A DNA stretch of 64,000 nt. Origin: Raillietiella orientalis (taxonomy: Eukaryota). A program made the position numbers and the translations under genes. The stretch's first letter is position 1; every line of letters starts with the position of its first letter. The stretch lies in contig JAYWIR010000024.1 in the NCBI GenBank assembly GCA_036172245.1, positions 2,852,001 to 2,916,000 of the forward strand, written 5' to 3'. Below are positions 50,300-63,150 of the stretch, one piece after another. The notes beneath the pieces were generated by a model. That model was given only the letters and a program-made list of their open reading frames with translations, made no database searches and had not been told where the DNA came from.

Positions 50300-51100
50300 T
50301 TTCAAGATAAACGTCACGGCGTCATCGAGTAAAAGTCTCAGGCAGCTGGTGAAGGGTTGAAGTGTTTCCGTATTTCGGGAGGCCTGGTGGTCAGTTGGAA
50401 CTTGCGATCCTGGTGATCCCACTGAAGCTGCGTTCGGATGGATTCCCTGGAGGGTATGTGGAGAGCGATATCCCGACGTGTACTCTCCCGGTTCCCCAGA
50501 GCCAGTCCGTGCGCTTCCAGAGTGTCCTCGAAGGAATATCTTACGTCTGGAACGATGGCTCGACGTCTCCCTCGAAGCAGGAGAGAAGAGTCTTTCCCCT
50601 GTTTTGGCGACTACCGCTACTCGCACACGGCAGGAGCGAAGTCCTAAGAGGTCAGCACTGTTCCAAGCAGATCCTTGAGGTCATCATCGGGGAGAGAGCT
50701 CTCCCACCCTAAACATGGCTTCCTGCCGGTCCCCTCGCTTTGGCTTCAGGTTCTCCTTTTGAAATGGGGACTCGGGAAAGCGAGGGACGCCATTCGAGCG
50801 ACGCGCTCTTCCTGCAAAGAGAGGGAAGCCACAAGGCGCAAGCGGAAGAGGAAGCAAGCCCTAAACGACGTTCGTCTTCGTCGTCGTCCTTCTTCTCCCT
50901 TCCACTCAAGAGAATTGTGGAATCTGCGCCAGCTCGAGGACTACGGATGGAGGATAAGAAGCCTCCACAAACACGCGTGCCCACTACCGGGACTGCTCTG
51001 CTGCCTCGTGGGAAAAAATTCTTGCAGATGAGGCCAGAGCAGGTCGCAAAGAAATCGCGGAGTTGACTGAAGCATTGAATTTCCCATAATGCTTTGTCGG
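50300..51100 (-). mobile_element. Weak RT relic
   Basis: QSSPGSG (domain 0), GDVEPSF (domain 3), LLLDDAV (domain 5). Confidence 0.35.
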
Positions 51101-51879
51101 CCAGCTGTCTCTGGACGACCTACAGCAGCAGCACAACAGCCGCGCTCGGAGCTCCTAGGGAATCTCGTGGGCGTTCCTTGGAGGCACGCCTTCGAGCTCA
51201 CGGAGCTTGCTCCCGTTAGGAACGGAGCCGCCACCATCTTGATCTCGGGGGAGAGCTGCTGCCGTCGCAGAACGGTTTCAGAAAACGAGGTAGCCGCTTC
51301 TTCCACCTCCAGTTGCGTCTTTCAGCACGCGGGCCGACCAACAAACCCCGTGTGTCTTTGCTTCTTCCTGATTAGAGGGCAGAAGCGCGAGCACGGACGG
51401 CGCGAAAGCGACGAAAATCGCCCGCTGAGCAGGAACACGAGATCCAAGAAGATGGACTGCTCCGGGGTCTCATGGGGCAGTGAGTCCGTCAGAGACACAA
51501 ACCATTGAGGGCTCTTTAAAAAAACAAGAAATAGCACAAGTCAAGTCAACCTCTCATTGCGGAGCTTCTCTTCAAGGAGGGACGACCGGTCGTGCTCAGG
51601 AGAAAGGGCATCTCCCCAGAGGACGAGAAACGCGTCCCGGAATTGAAGCGGTCTCCTCTTTCACACCCACCGGGCTTGGGTGCGAGAGAGCCCCCGTCAC
51701 CCGCCCTCAGCTTCCTTTCTGGTTAAGCGTAACGTAAGGAAACAAAAGAGCCTCTGGGCTGTGTGAGGCAGAGCACCGTTGTGGCGTCCGCAACCGCCAC
51801 AATGAACTGAGGTGAAACGAAGGCGGTCAAGGCAGATGATGACAGCAGAAGAAGCCAGAGGGTTTCTACCGCTGCCATG

Positions 51880-52080
51880 CAAACGCATGAATCCCCTTCG
51901 TCGTGGATGGTTTTAGATCTACTGGAACAAAGACAGGTGCAGTGGAAAGATAAGCAGATGCATCGTTGATGGACCGCGATGCATCGAAAGGTTTGTTCAT
52001 CACCGACCAAGCGGTTCGCCTTGGTCCATCCACGAATCTGCAGTCTGCCTGCTCAGAAAAAAGCATAGGAAATCAAAATT
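51880..52080 (+). mobile_element. Possible hAT transposase dimerisation-domain relic
   Basis: Across frameshifts, IYWNK...IERF / LFITDQAVRLGPST resembles the hATC YW...ERxFS..ITxxRxRLxPxT pattern. Confidence 0.3.
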
Positions 52081-52679
52081 CTGGACGGAAGACGCTACGT
52101 GCCCTTCATCTTCCACGACGATCACCCCATCAGGTCCGATTCCATTCGTGGCTGGAAACGGCTTCGACCTTCGTTCGTGCAAGGGTGTGTGTGTGTATGT
52201 TTCCGTCCCCTCGGGCCATATTCTAATGAGCAGCAGCACCCACCACCGTATTTTCCTTGGAGGCGATCCTTCAGGTTGCCGAGGAAAGCTCACGTGCAAC
52301 TTCACACTCCGCAGACCCATACGCCGCTCGAGGGAATCGCGTGACGATGATGACGTCATTGCGTCAGACTCCGCCGAGAACTTCGTCGCCTCTGCATCCG
52401 AGATGGAAATCCATCACTCCTTTCTCGGGTCCACGGCATTGTTCGGGCCCCGAGGCAAGCTACTTGAAGGAAGGGAGATCTGCGAACTTGATGGTTCGCA
52501 GGACGTGTCGCCGTGCTGTTCCCCCGGTTGCCTTGGTTCCAGAGTCTAAAACTGCCCGGTTCCGTCGTCACGGATGCCGGATTCTTGCTGAAGGAGACAT
52601 TTTCAGATGACGGTTTCCATGCTGTAAAGTTCCCCCCCCCCTCTCCTCTCCCTTCTTCGTGGCCCCTTCATCTCATAAG

Positions 52680-52970
52680 ATGAAGGGCCACATCCCGACA
52701 ACTGACGCTTAGCTAATGACGCCGTTGCCACGGCTGTCGTCGTGCCCTCATAATGATCGCTCCTGTGGTGTCACACGAGCAGCTCCTGCTGCCAAAATTC
52801 GAACACCGCGATTGCGAAGCATTTCGGTCCAAGGGCCACATTTCGTGGAGATCAGACATCTCGTTCCTTGCGTACGCACCGATGGACCCGTTTCGTTCTT
52901 CCGGAAGGGAGGGAAAGGCACCACCTGATCGAAATTGTTCCCGAATTTCTGTCGCTGGCCTAACACTGAG
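52680..52970 (+). mobile_element. Possible Penelope-like GIY-YIG endonuclease relic
   Basis: SHE...NTAIAKHF..KGH..DISFLA..R..RE..LI..GL resembles the PLE EH..SAxAxH..GH..xL..R..E..I..GLN pattern; needs frameshifts. Confidence 0.25.
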
Positions 52971-53793
52971 GGGAAAGGTAGGCATCCCTCGTCCCTCGGA
53001 GAGGAACCTGGGGCTTCGCGAGCGCTGGCAGCCTCGTGCCCCCTAACTCACGAGGAGAACCAGCCGATGCGGCTTTTGTGAAAATCGCCACGCGGGATGA
53101 TGCGAGCTCCGGAGCAGCCTCTGGAACCGCGAGGCGCCGGAGAGAATCAGACTTACCTCGGGCAAGAACGCCGGACCGTCCGTTCTCGGACGGGCAGGAA
53201 GCGAGAAGAACCCCGATTGGTCACTGAAAGAGATGGCCAGCAGCTAAGGATGACATAAGATGATGCCTTTGGAGCTTTCTCGGCGGTTGATCCAGTCCAC
53301 AAAGAGTGGTGTGCATCGAGAAACAGACCTAAAAGACGAGCATCGGAAATTCCACAAAGCTGACGCGGACTACAAGCAGCTGCTTCCAGAACACTGCAGG
53401 GAGCGGTGGGAGGGAGGGACCACTGCCCTCACCGCTTGCAGTTCCGCTTCCACAAGAGAAGAGAAGGTGGCGAAGAGATAGAAACGCCCGGAAGAAAGCT
53501 TCGAATAGGCACAGATCATTTCGTGCTTCCCCGTGGCAACGCGAGGCGGGAAATTCTCGACGGGAGCCTCGACTCCATGCAGCAGCCGGAGCAATCCGCA
53601 GGAAATCTGGACAGAACATCAGCAATCATCGTTGTTGCAATTGTTGCGAAGCCACTAGGATAGGCTTCGTAAATGGGGGCGCCCCCAAATAACTGTTACA
53701 AAGTTTCGATTTCATTCCGGCAATTCTGTTCCATTTTCCATTGCGTCAGAGGACGGACATGACCAAACGCTGCGGCGGATAGCTGACGCAGGA

Positions 53794-53979
53794 GAGAAAT
53801 CCGTGAGAATGGCTCCGATCTGTGTGGCAAACAGCCTCTCCGATCAGTGAACAGAGCAGCTGAGATGAGCAAGGGAGTTGGCAAATTGTAGGTGAGAATC
53901 CACGCGAACGACTCCGACCTGTGCGGTAAACAGCCTCCGATCAATGGACAAAGCTGCCAAGATGAGAAAGAAATTTGGC
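53794..53979 (+). repeat. Diverged tandem duplication (~100-bp period, 2 copies)
   Basis: gagaaatcc...ctccgatctgtgtggcaaacagcct...agatgag..ttggc versus gagaatcc...ctccgacctgtgcggtaaacagcct...agatgag..ttggc. Confidence 0.8.
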
Positions 53980-54543
53980 GTATGCTAAATTACACGTTTT
54001 TTCTGCTCAGGGTTTCCAGAATTTCGTAATGATAAGGAATCCCTTTTTAATGAAATAACCTTCGAAATAATAAATGTTTTCTTCTTGGCATCATCAGTGG
54101 GTAATACTCCTGTACCGAATTTCTGAGCGAAAGGCGCCAGAGTTTCCATTTCGAACCTGTGGAGCTACTGATGCGGTGAGTGGTTGGCTCCAGCAATCCA
54201 TGAGTGCAGATGGGCACATCTCGGATATGCTAGAAATGCGCCACGTCCTTATTGCAGCGCCGTATCCTCAGCAGAAAGCCTTCCTTGAAATCCCGACCTG
54301 GAACCTATCCTGCTCTTTAACCATCATCTGTTCTCGGAGAGGAATGTGCTGTATAGCGAAAACAAAAGAAAGTGTTGATTAGAGACAGCTAAACGTATCA
54401 ATGATCTCATCGTTAGACGGCTGTCGGTTGGAGTTTCGCAAGAAACAACTTTCTCCTTCCTTCTCGAGCTTTCTCCTCAGCATTGAAGCTGACTAAATAT
54501 CTTAACCTGACCTGACAAATCGATTGGAACTACATGGTAAAGT

Positions 54544-54579
<36 letters not shown>

Positions 54580-54597
54580 GTATATATATATATATAA
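54544..54597. repeat. Compound (CA)n(TA)n microsatellite
   Basis: Seen directly. Confidence 0.97.
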
Positions 54598-55816
54598 GGA
54601 TCAGTTTCTCGTAAAAAAACACATTTTCATTGCCATTGCATCCCCAGAGATCGTGCTAAGCAGTCATCAAAACAGTAAATCTGCAAGAAATCTCTGGTCA
54701 GCCTTAAGTCGAAGTTAGCATCACGTTCATCCACTGTGATGCATCAATTCACGCCAAATAAATGCTACGTGCTTTCCTTGAGTGTATATCGTATCGTTTG
54801 TTTGGTGATAATGACTATTCCGAGTTAATGATGAATATCCAAGCAAAAATTTAAACTATTGAAAATTTCTATTTGCCAAACTGGTGCGGTCAAGACATAA
54901 CGGTGCCTTCAATAAGTGACCACCGAGGTCGAAATTCAAAATTTTACCCTTTCCTGGTCCGCCAATCGAGATTCGGAGACCCTGAGTTGGTAAGATGGAT
55001 TTTATTTTAAAAAAATAAGGACGATGCTCAATACCATGCTCTGTACCTTGCCATATTCAGTGTACACAACATTTTCCGTGATTGCATATCTTGTACGGAT
55101 TTTCTAGGTGACCGGGAATAGAGCACCTTGAAACTGATCCACTTCGAATCAATGATGGTTTTATGAACAGTTAAATAATAAAGCGCTTTTTAGGATTATA
55201 AATGAATTGTACAATCCAGATAAATAATTGCATTTAATGAGGACCACATGTCCATTTTATTTTTTATTTTTTTCCCCATCTGCAAACTGGAACCCTTGCC
55301 TTGTTGACAGATGCAGCATGTTTTTCCTCCAAATTAATTGAACGCTCCTCTTTTTCACGTAACACCTAAACCTCAGATTTTCTTGCTTGCCTTTTTTTTT
55401 TTTTTTCCTTTTTTCCTTTCTGAAAGTTGTAAAGTGCTAGGAGTGAAAACTTCTGTTTGCTCTCTTGAAATTCAACACACCAAAACAGAGACATCCGCTC
55501 CTCAAACACTTGCGGCAGAAATCTCCTCCTCCCATATGGCTGGCAGAAATCTGCTGCACGGTCTAGGATTTCGCTTTCCGATGCTGTCTACAGTGTTTTC
55601 AACCGAGGTCGGTTTCCCCGTACCCACGATGGGGGTTCCTAGGGGGAAACTGGGTTCTCCGCCAGTGGATGCCGAGATGGATGCGCGGTTCGGAGATCAG
55701 GATGTAGCAACACGGCGAGATGAAACGTCATGAAAAGGGAAAAGGACCGTGGATCACTTGAACGGTTGCTCCTCTCCTTTGTTTTTTCGTCTTTTCCTGC
55801 TACTCTGAAAAGCCCC

Positions 55817-55818
<2 letters not shown>

Positions 55819-55875
<57 letters not shown>
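55819..55875. repeat. (TG)28 microsatellite
   Basis: Seen directly. Confidence 0.97.
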
Positions 55876-55876
<1 letters not shown>

Positions 55877-56839
55877 GGGTTCCTTTGATCGAAGACACGG
55901 TGTGACCACATACAATCCGCGTGCACATATTAGTTAATCCCTCTGCTCGAATTGCCTCCCACAATCACTGTGAAACTTCTCATACGTCTTTCGTCCAAGC
56001 GTTCCACTCGCCTGGTAATTTCCAGTCACCCTTATTAAAACCACGGTCTTCGAAGGTCACTCCTGTCTGAAAGCAAAACTTTCAGGTGATCGTTTTCTAA
56101 AACCATGCAAGAAACAGGAGTATGATTTAGTTTGGATACTTTGTCTGATGCTTGTTTTCTCTTATGTTAACTTATGGTATGATTCTCTTACTTATTTTTC
56201 CCTTATATGAACTGCATGTAGCGAGTTTGCAGTTGTGCAAGATGAATTGACTGATATTGGAGTCCGAAGACAGCACTGAAAATTAAGGAGTTTCAGTGCA
56301 CATAATGGAATGGAGAGTTTGTTTGTTTGTCTGTTTTTAAGCCATATTTTTCATTGTGATGATACATAAACTTTTATTTTTTGATGTAGTTATTAATATT
56401 CGAAATGGCATACGAAAAATATAAGACACGAGGATGATTGCTATTGTTCTTCAAAGTTATATGGACTGCTCTGATGGGAAAAGACAAGAAGAGGACCCCC
56501 CCCCCCCAGCAACCGAAAGAATCTTCCGGTTGCTAGGGTGAGAAGCATTCAGCATCGTAAGAATATGTGATTTTCTTTCACAAAATCGCGGGTTTCAAAT
56601 TCTTAAGCACAGTTTGAAATACGAACGGTGAAATCGTTTGAGATTCCCTCGCTTACTCTGGAAACAAGAAATCTCATTCGGATAAGCATTCGGGAGGGGG
56701 GGGGCGACATCTAGAAATGCACTCTCGTTATGCTGAGCTTGTGGAAATACAATTTTGAACTGTGTTAATCCACCACCACATAATCTTTTCAAGGATGGTA
56801 AAATTGCGTCTTTCGCTCATTACCTCTGTTCATTGGGAG

Positions 56840-57000
56840 CGAGCGGATCTCTCACGCAGATGCAGCGCGGCGATCCCACCGGATAACACCCGATCCCAGT
56901 GTTTATCCATCCATCTACGTGTGGCTCCAAGAAGGAAAGTTAATAAATGCGTCCACGGTCTCAAGAGCGTTTCCAGAGAAACGTACGCCTGGTAGTAGTA
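56840..57000 (+). mobile_element. Possible pogo/Tigger DDE transposase relic
   Basis: IPPDNTRSQ (~IPPxxTxxLQPLD) followed by LINASTVSRAF (~WxxIxxxxIxxxF). Confidence 0.3.
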
Positions 57001-57535
57001 GATCTGATTGGAGCAAATTTGCGGGTCCTCGCCGCGGAGCCCAAGTGACCCGCGAGGAAAAGGAACAGCGAGCCCTGGGTGATGCTTCAGTTGATCTGTG
57101 AAGATGAGACGAACGTGTGGGGCGCGAGGTGGCTCGTGAGATCCGCGCGGGGTGCATCGTCGCTCGCAGCAAAATCGGCTGCCAGCTCGGATGAGTTTGA
57201 CACGCAGGAAGTGATCCGCGGTGTAAAAAGGACGAGGAGGAGGAGGATAGGTGGACCAGATTAAGCGCCAAGACTCGTGAAACACGGAAGTGATGACGAC
57301 GACTGTGACGATCGTGGTGCTCCAGAAACTCGAAAGCGCGAGTATGTTGTATAGGGCCCCCAACGCACCAACTGCTTCCAAACAGTTCCAGGATAGTGAA
57401 GTTTGTTTTTGAAAGCTGCCTGCAGAATACGTAGAATTTTTGCGCCACAGAATTTTTTTTTTTCATTTTTTTTTTCCCACGGTGTTTCTGGGAAAACAAA
57501 TACGCTGTCTCTGATTGGCATGTTCAATCCCAAAT

Positions 57536-57706
57536 ATGTCCACGGGCGTGGTGATCAGCTTTTTGGCAGCAGCAACGTATTTGTGTTCGTCCACCATAGC
57601 CAGATCCGTAGTGCAGGTTGACAATGGTGGATATACAAACATAGTGGTTTCCGTAAGTGGTCAGCTGCCCGAAATCCGATGTGCGGAAATCTTGGAAAAC
57701 ATTCAG
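57536..57706 (+). CDS. CLCA: CLCA-family protein, first coding exon (signal peptide and start of CLCA N-terminal domain)
   Basis: ATG at 57536 gives MSTGVVISFLAAATYLCSSTIARSVVQVDNGGYTNIVVSVSGQLPEIRCAEILENIQ. This is a hydrophobic signal peptide followed by a match to the CLCA N-terminus (IQLNNNGYEGIVVAI...LIQQIK in vertebrate CLCA1). It ends at a phase-0 donor CAG|gtacgg. Confidence 0.85.
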
Positions 57707-58719
57707 GTACGGTGTGCAGATTTCACCTGGGGGGTTTGCATGGAATCCAAATAAGATGAGACAAAGTGAGCCGAGGGAAGGTCGATTCAGCGCAGTTTCC
57801 GCCGCCGTCGCTTGGAGATTCTTTCTTCCAAAACTGGGGATCACCCAACTGCATGCTCTATGAAGCAAAAGGTTGCACGCTGTGGAACCGTCCGATTTCT
57901 CGCAGTTTCTCGGCCGCAGCACTGAAGATCGCCATGCGTACGGTTCTGGGGCGAAAATGCAGTAATCCGATACGGAAGAACATCCTTCGTGCGTAGGTCC
58001 TCTTGGTGGAAGAGGAAGCATCAAACACGCGTTCTCTCCCGTCTTGCGTAGAAAGCCCCCCTCCATAATAAGTCGAATCGAACGTCTTCGAATCAAGTGA
58101 ATCAAAAGCATTACTTAACCGAATATACTTTGGTCCAGCCTTAAGATTCCGGTTTCTTTTACGTATGTGTGTATTTCCTGTTACGCTCGGTGATCTTGGC
58201 AGCATGACATGATGGTGCGCTTAAGTGATACCGAACTTGTTCATGTTGACGAGTCCCATGTTCCTCCTCGTATTTACTGTGTCATGTAACTGAAAAGGAA
58301 ACGGCTTTGTGATTTGATTCCGTCTTCCGTAGCCAGTTGCCGCGAAAGAAAGACCACAGCATATCTCTCACGTGGTGCGTTGATGCCTGCTTTTGAGTCG
58401 GTGGTTTGCTGACCAATGCACTCTTTTATATGTGTTGTACAGTATCAAGTCGTCTTGACGTATACGTTGCGATAATTAGTCTTGCAGGCTTCGGCTTGCC
58501 GTTCTGCAAAGACGTGGACTGCCTCCGAAATGCGATTCCGACGCCTCCGACCATAGTGTGTGTACGTAATGAAATCTGTTTTAATTGAATTTGGTGGCTG
58601 GTAACCCTTGTTTATCATGGCGTGTACGCATCGAGTCGGCGGTAGGCTCATAGAGGCCGCGGAAAAAAAAAACGTGTTGTGAATCAGGACCATTGGCTCG
58701 AAACGGAAGCCCCGAGTAT

Positions 58720-58880
58720 CATTAGGGAAATGCAGCAACCACTTCTGCAAATTCCCTTCGATCTTTCGGGTTTGGGCTTCGCCAGATTGTACGCGTTCCA
58801 CCGGGGTCCGCAAGCTGTTTTTTTTTTCCCGCCAGAGTTCCGGATTTCGCTGTGTCCAGGAAAGCACCGGGGCTCGTTGC
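58720..58880 (-). mobile_element. Possible MADF/Myb-like (Harbinger-associated) relic in CLCA intron 1
   Basis: VLSWTQRNPELWREKK...IW...GNLQKWLL shows the three-Trp spacing of MADF/SANT domains. Confidence 0.3.
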
Positions 58881-60149
58881 GGCATGCTCCTTCCTCTCTG
58901 CATGTGGGAAACCATGGTCTTCACAGAGATTATCTCACCTGTCTGACCAGTCGCCTTCGATATCCACGTATCACTTCGGAAATTGTGGCGATATTCGGAT
59001 GCTTTGACCGGGAGGGGGAGGAGGTGGGGGGGGGCTTCTCCATCACTCATGAGAACAAGAGGGTTTTTTTTTATTTTGTTTTCACAGGCGCAATCTGTCT
59101 GGAATAAAGTGTAAATTCTGACCGGCGTGAGAGCACGTGTTCGTGCACGAATCAATAAACACTCATCCGTGCGAAAACACTGCATCGGAGGTGGCTATTT
59201 TTATCTTTTTTCGTATTCCTTTGTTACGTGTGCCTGACGAGATTGCTTTGTTTGCGAGTCACCTAGGTTACTTGAAAGCAGGATTTTGCTCCGTTGCGTA
59301 GGAATCTCCCATCTTGCGCGTGTAGCGAAGACACACATGCGTCACAGGATGGTCTCTCTCTCTCTCTCTTTTTTTTGGAGAAAACAAAAAAGGAATAGTT
59401 GAGAGGAGGAACTTTTTGAATTTAATGAGGTAAAATGTATTTCTTTTTTTTTTTTTGGGGGGGGGGGGGGGTTCTTCCCGTTCTCGTTCCAAAGCTCTCT
59501 CAACTAGGCTCAACGCCTCTTTTTTTTTTTAAAAAAAAAAAAAAAAATCGCTGTTGGTGTTTACCTGAAAATGTATAGTAGTGTTCGCCGGGGGTTTCGA
59601 CGTGTTTTTTTTTTCCCCCTTGCTGCCTGCACCCCTCGCCCAAGCTCGTCCGGATGTTGCTCGCAGTGACTTGTGAGAGTCCCCCCATATTTTTTATGAC
59701 GCTCTCAGGAAGGCTGTTTTTGTCCCCTCGTGTCCGTGTCACACTGTGCACATTTATTGATTACGGTCTGCTCGTTCTTGCTATGAACATGTAAAATTTC
59801 GCGTTACACCCGCGCAGGCAGGAAAATGTCTTCATTTCCGACAAGGTGCGCGCGAGCGAACTTTCCAGAAGTCCTTCGCCTTGCGTTGAAAACTCGCCGC
59901 CTTTTTCGAAGTATTCCTTTCTTTCTTTCTTTTTTTTTTCAAAAAAAAAAAAAAGAAAAATTTTGCTTTTTCTCATGCTGTGGATGATGTGGTTGTATAT
60001 TGTTCGGTGTGGTTAGGTGCCAGAGGAATCGAAACAAAAAAGGAAAAGAAAAAAAAAGGAGGGGGGCTGTCGTGAAGTGCGTCTCCGCCTTCTCTGCTTT
60101 CCGATTGAGAGAGAGAAAAAAAAAAAAGCTCCCCCAAGTGTAGGGTCGC

Positions 60150-63100
60150 GAGGAACTCGGAAGGCCGGGAAGATGGGAGCGAGGGGAAGACTTCCCTTGT
60201 TTCTCTTCTTGTTGGCGCAGGAAGGAAGGAGTAGGGTTGCCCCCCTTCCCAGCCTCGTTAGGGAGGTGCGAGCTCGCTGGACGGCGGAAGGCACCTCGGA
60301 AGCGCCTGCTTTTTGTCTTCCCCGATGGAGCGCCCATTTCTCTCCTTCGGTGCCACCTGGTGGTCGAGTGCTTTTCCTGCTCGCCAGCGTGTTCCAACCC
60401 TTCGAAACATCTGCAAGAGACTTCCCGCCGAACTTCGCGCCTTCCCATTGTCCTTGGGGAAACGGAACCGATTCCTCGGCGGATTGGTCGCATAGGTGCG
60501 CCCGTTTAGGGAATAAGGCGGCGGTCTCCGACGCTTCTTTCTCCTTCCCCTCCGAGAATTGCCCCGCGCTGCCGCTTGATTTACGAGGGATCCGGGCGCA
60601 TGCCCGACGCACCCTCCCGCTCCCCGTTTCCGTTCCCGGCTCACCCATCAGATCCGAAGGAAGGCTTCGCCCCCACGCAGCAGCAGCAGTAGTTCTTGTT
60701 GCAGCCGGCACCACTCGCATTCGCACGGCCACTCGCGCCAACTCGCTCGTCGCCGCGTGAGCAGCGGCGGCGCCGTCGGCGCGTTCCCGTGTTGCGAAAG
60801 CGACGCTGCGGTGATTAGCTCAAGAGGGCCGGAGCGAAGGGTTTGGTGATGGGTGGTGTTGACCTGGCGAAAGAGCACCCCGGGTGCACCCGAACTCCGC
60901 CCGCCTCTGCGTGGCGCCTCTCCCGCTCTCCCTCCGGGCCGCGTCCGTCGGAAGACCGCGGACGGTTGGCAGGACCGTCCGCATCGGGCAGGAGAGGGTT
61001 CCAAACCGCGCCTTCTGCGGAAGGTCCCGGAGCGCGGGAGTAGCGCAGGGCAGAAAGAGCGTCCGGTCGCGCCACGTCGCCCACGCCTCCCGAAGCGCCT
61101 GCTCATCCGCTGCCCGAACGTCACTCTTGCTTTCCCGCCGCGCGCGCTCAATCCTCGGCGCACGTAATGATGGCAGACGCCGCGAGCAAATCGCTTCGCC
61201 CTTTTTATTTTGCTTTTTTGCTTTTTTTTCTTTTTCTTTTTTTCTTGTCGTCTTCACGTGATGGCGCCTCCACAAGTGCGCATGAAAAATCATTAAGCCA
61301 TTCCGGAGGGGAACCGACGACATGGAAAACATGGCGGGCTATCGCCCGCCGCCGCTGGGTCCCTCCCACCTCCTCTCGCCTCTCTCTCCCGTTCCTTCTC
61401 CGTCCTCCTCCCCCTCCACCAGCCACGTCCGTCTCCGCACCTCCTCTTTCGGGGTTCCCCCGGAGCCAGGCGCGCGTAATTTGCTAATCGCCGCATCGGC
61501 AAATTGCGCTTCGGAATCCCCCTGACCCAAATGGCCGTCGGAGACCGCGCGCGAGCGAGCCAGCGAGCATCGGAGGGAAGAGAGGAAAATCGTGCGAGTC
61601 CCCTAAGTAGTCTGTAATTCGCCGGCGACACAGAGATGACCCCAGATCTCAACTGATCCATCATGTCTCTCTCCCACGATATGAAAAGTCCGTAATGCGC
61701 GCTGTCACGAGTGCGTGCGTGTCGGGTTGGTACGCGCGCGCGCGTGTGATCGCTCGCTTTCGCGCTTTCGGGTAAACGTTCCTCGCGCGCGCAAACACCT
61801 TGCGCGCACGTTGCACGTCGTCGTTACGGGGGGTTCCGTTAGTGCAGGGGCAGAAAGGAGCGAGGGAGGGCATCTCCCGGCTTGGTAATGGGGACCAGAA
61901 GCGCCAGTGCTCCCTACAAGGAAGGAGGAGAGCCGCGCGTGGATCCCCGCATCAGGGCACGAGCGCCGAAGATTCTCGGCAGCCAGCGGTAGGAAGGAAA
62001 AGAGGCGAAGAAAGGGAGGAGGAAGAGGAAGGATCTTCCCTGTTGGGCTGGCACCATCAGACGGCGCGTGCAGCGCACGGGACAGAAAGAGTGGGGGGGG
62101 AGGAGAGAGAGTGAGTTAGTCAGTCTTTCGGGCACATTTGGCTCCTCAATCGCACTGCGAGGACAACTTTGGCGGTCGTTTTCAAGCACTGCGGGCAGGC
62201 ATCATCATCTTGGGGGAGTTTCGCGGCGCCCATGACGACGGAGGCGGCGACCTGAGTAGATCCACGAGCCCGGAAATCGCGCTCACCCAGCTGCTCCGGG
62301 GTGGATCGGAAGTGAAAGAAGGGGGAAAGGAAGGAGCTCATTTTCAGCCTCGGCTGGTTGCGACCGGTAACGAACTGGTCGTTGGCGCACCGCGAGAGCG
62401 AGAGTCGGTCCTCTCAATCTGCACGGAGCTCCTTCTACCCTGCGGGGGAATTTCGCGCGGGTATTTTGTTGCGTCAGTGGGACCGTCGCCCCCCTCCCCC
62501 TTCCCCCCGGAAGGCAGTGCCATCTCGCTGGCTTGGGCCGATGTTCTAAGAGCATCCACTGCCTGGAGGGAGATCACTCCGAGCAACGGCCCCGACGCCG
62601 CCGTGCGAGGGATCGTTAGAGCACTTCCCCTCGTCCTTCGTCCACCCCTACCCCAAAACCCCTTTTCGCGGGAGGGAACCTCGCGCGCATTGTCGAACGC
62701 CCACGAGTTTCTCCCCCCCCCCACGTGACCTTAGAAAACACGCCTGCTGCTCCCTCCAGAGATAGAACCGCCGCTGGAAGAGGCTGTGCGTCTGCCGCCG
62801 GCATCCGCGCGCGCGCGCGCGCGCGGAGGATGAGGAGCCGAGCAATTCGGCGTGACGAGAAGGCGAACGGAGCACCATGGGGGCGGAGGTCAGGTGCTCC
62901 CGAGCTGCAAGGGCAGAGCGGAGGAGGGAGGGAGGACTACGTGGAGAAAGGAGGGTGGATGGGCACGGGGTGTCATCCTCTTCCTTCTGTTCTGCCTGTT
63001 CCCGTGGTACCTGGCTCCTCACCCCCCCCGCGCTCACGTTGGCAGCTAGCGAGCATCCCCGTTGCTGCCTTCCCGCGAAGACCCCCCGGTGGACGCAACT

Positions 63101-63150
63101 CCCAGAAGCGATCGGCATCACCGAGCCGAGCTGCGCAATCTCGCGAGGAA
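60150..63150 (+). mobile_element. I-group-like LINE relic (EN, RT, possible RNase H) in CLCA intron 1
   Basis: SVPP, RDFPPNFAPSHCPWG..LDL (EN). FLSSSRDGASTSAHEK (FLDxxKAFxxVxH), FGVPP, SL*FAGDT (LFADDT), FQALR..LGEFR (I-clade post-RT). Confidence 0.6.

Larger units (their letters stand above)
1..51500. mobile_element. Dense cluster of decayed non-LTR retrotransposon relics
   Basis: Degenerate APE (WNV, LQET, NVYAP, GDFN, SDH), RT (KxPGxDG, YRPISL, DxxKAFD, GVxQG, YADD, KYLG) and CCHC motifs recur in colinear order, separated by poly-A/T and CT/GA low-complexity tracts. No intact ORF. Confidence 0.85.

Noticed and set aside
56508..56536. Small hairpin followed by CTAG (Helitron 3' end); similar small hairpins at 43027-43055 and 52660-52690
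   Set aside because: Stems are short, the spacing to CTAG is atypical, and there is no matching 5' end or second copy.
57515..57754. Single-exon 79-aa ORF as listed in the track
   Set aside because: It uses a TTG start and reads through the splice donor. The supported model is ATG 57536 spliced at 57706.
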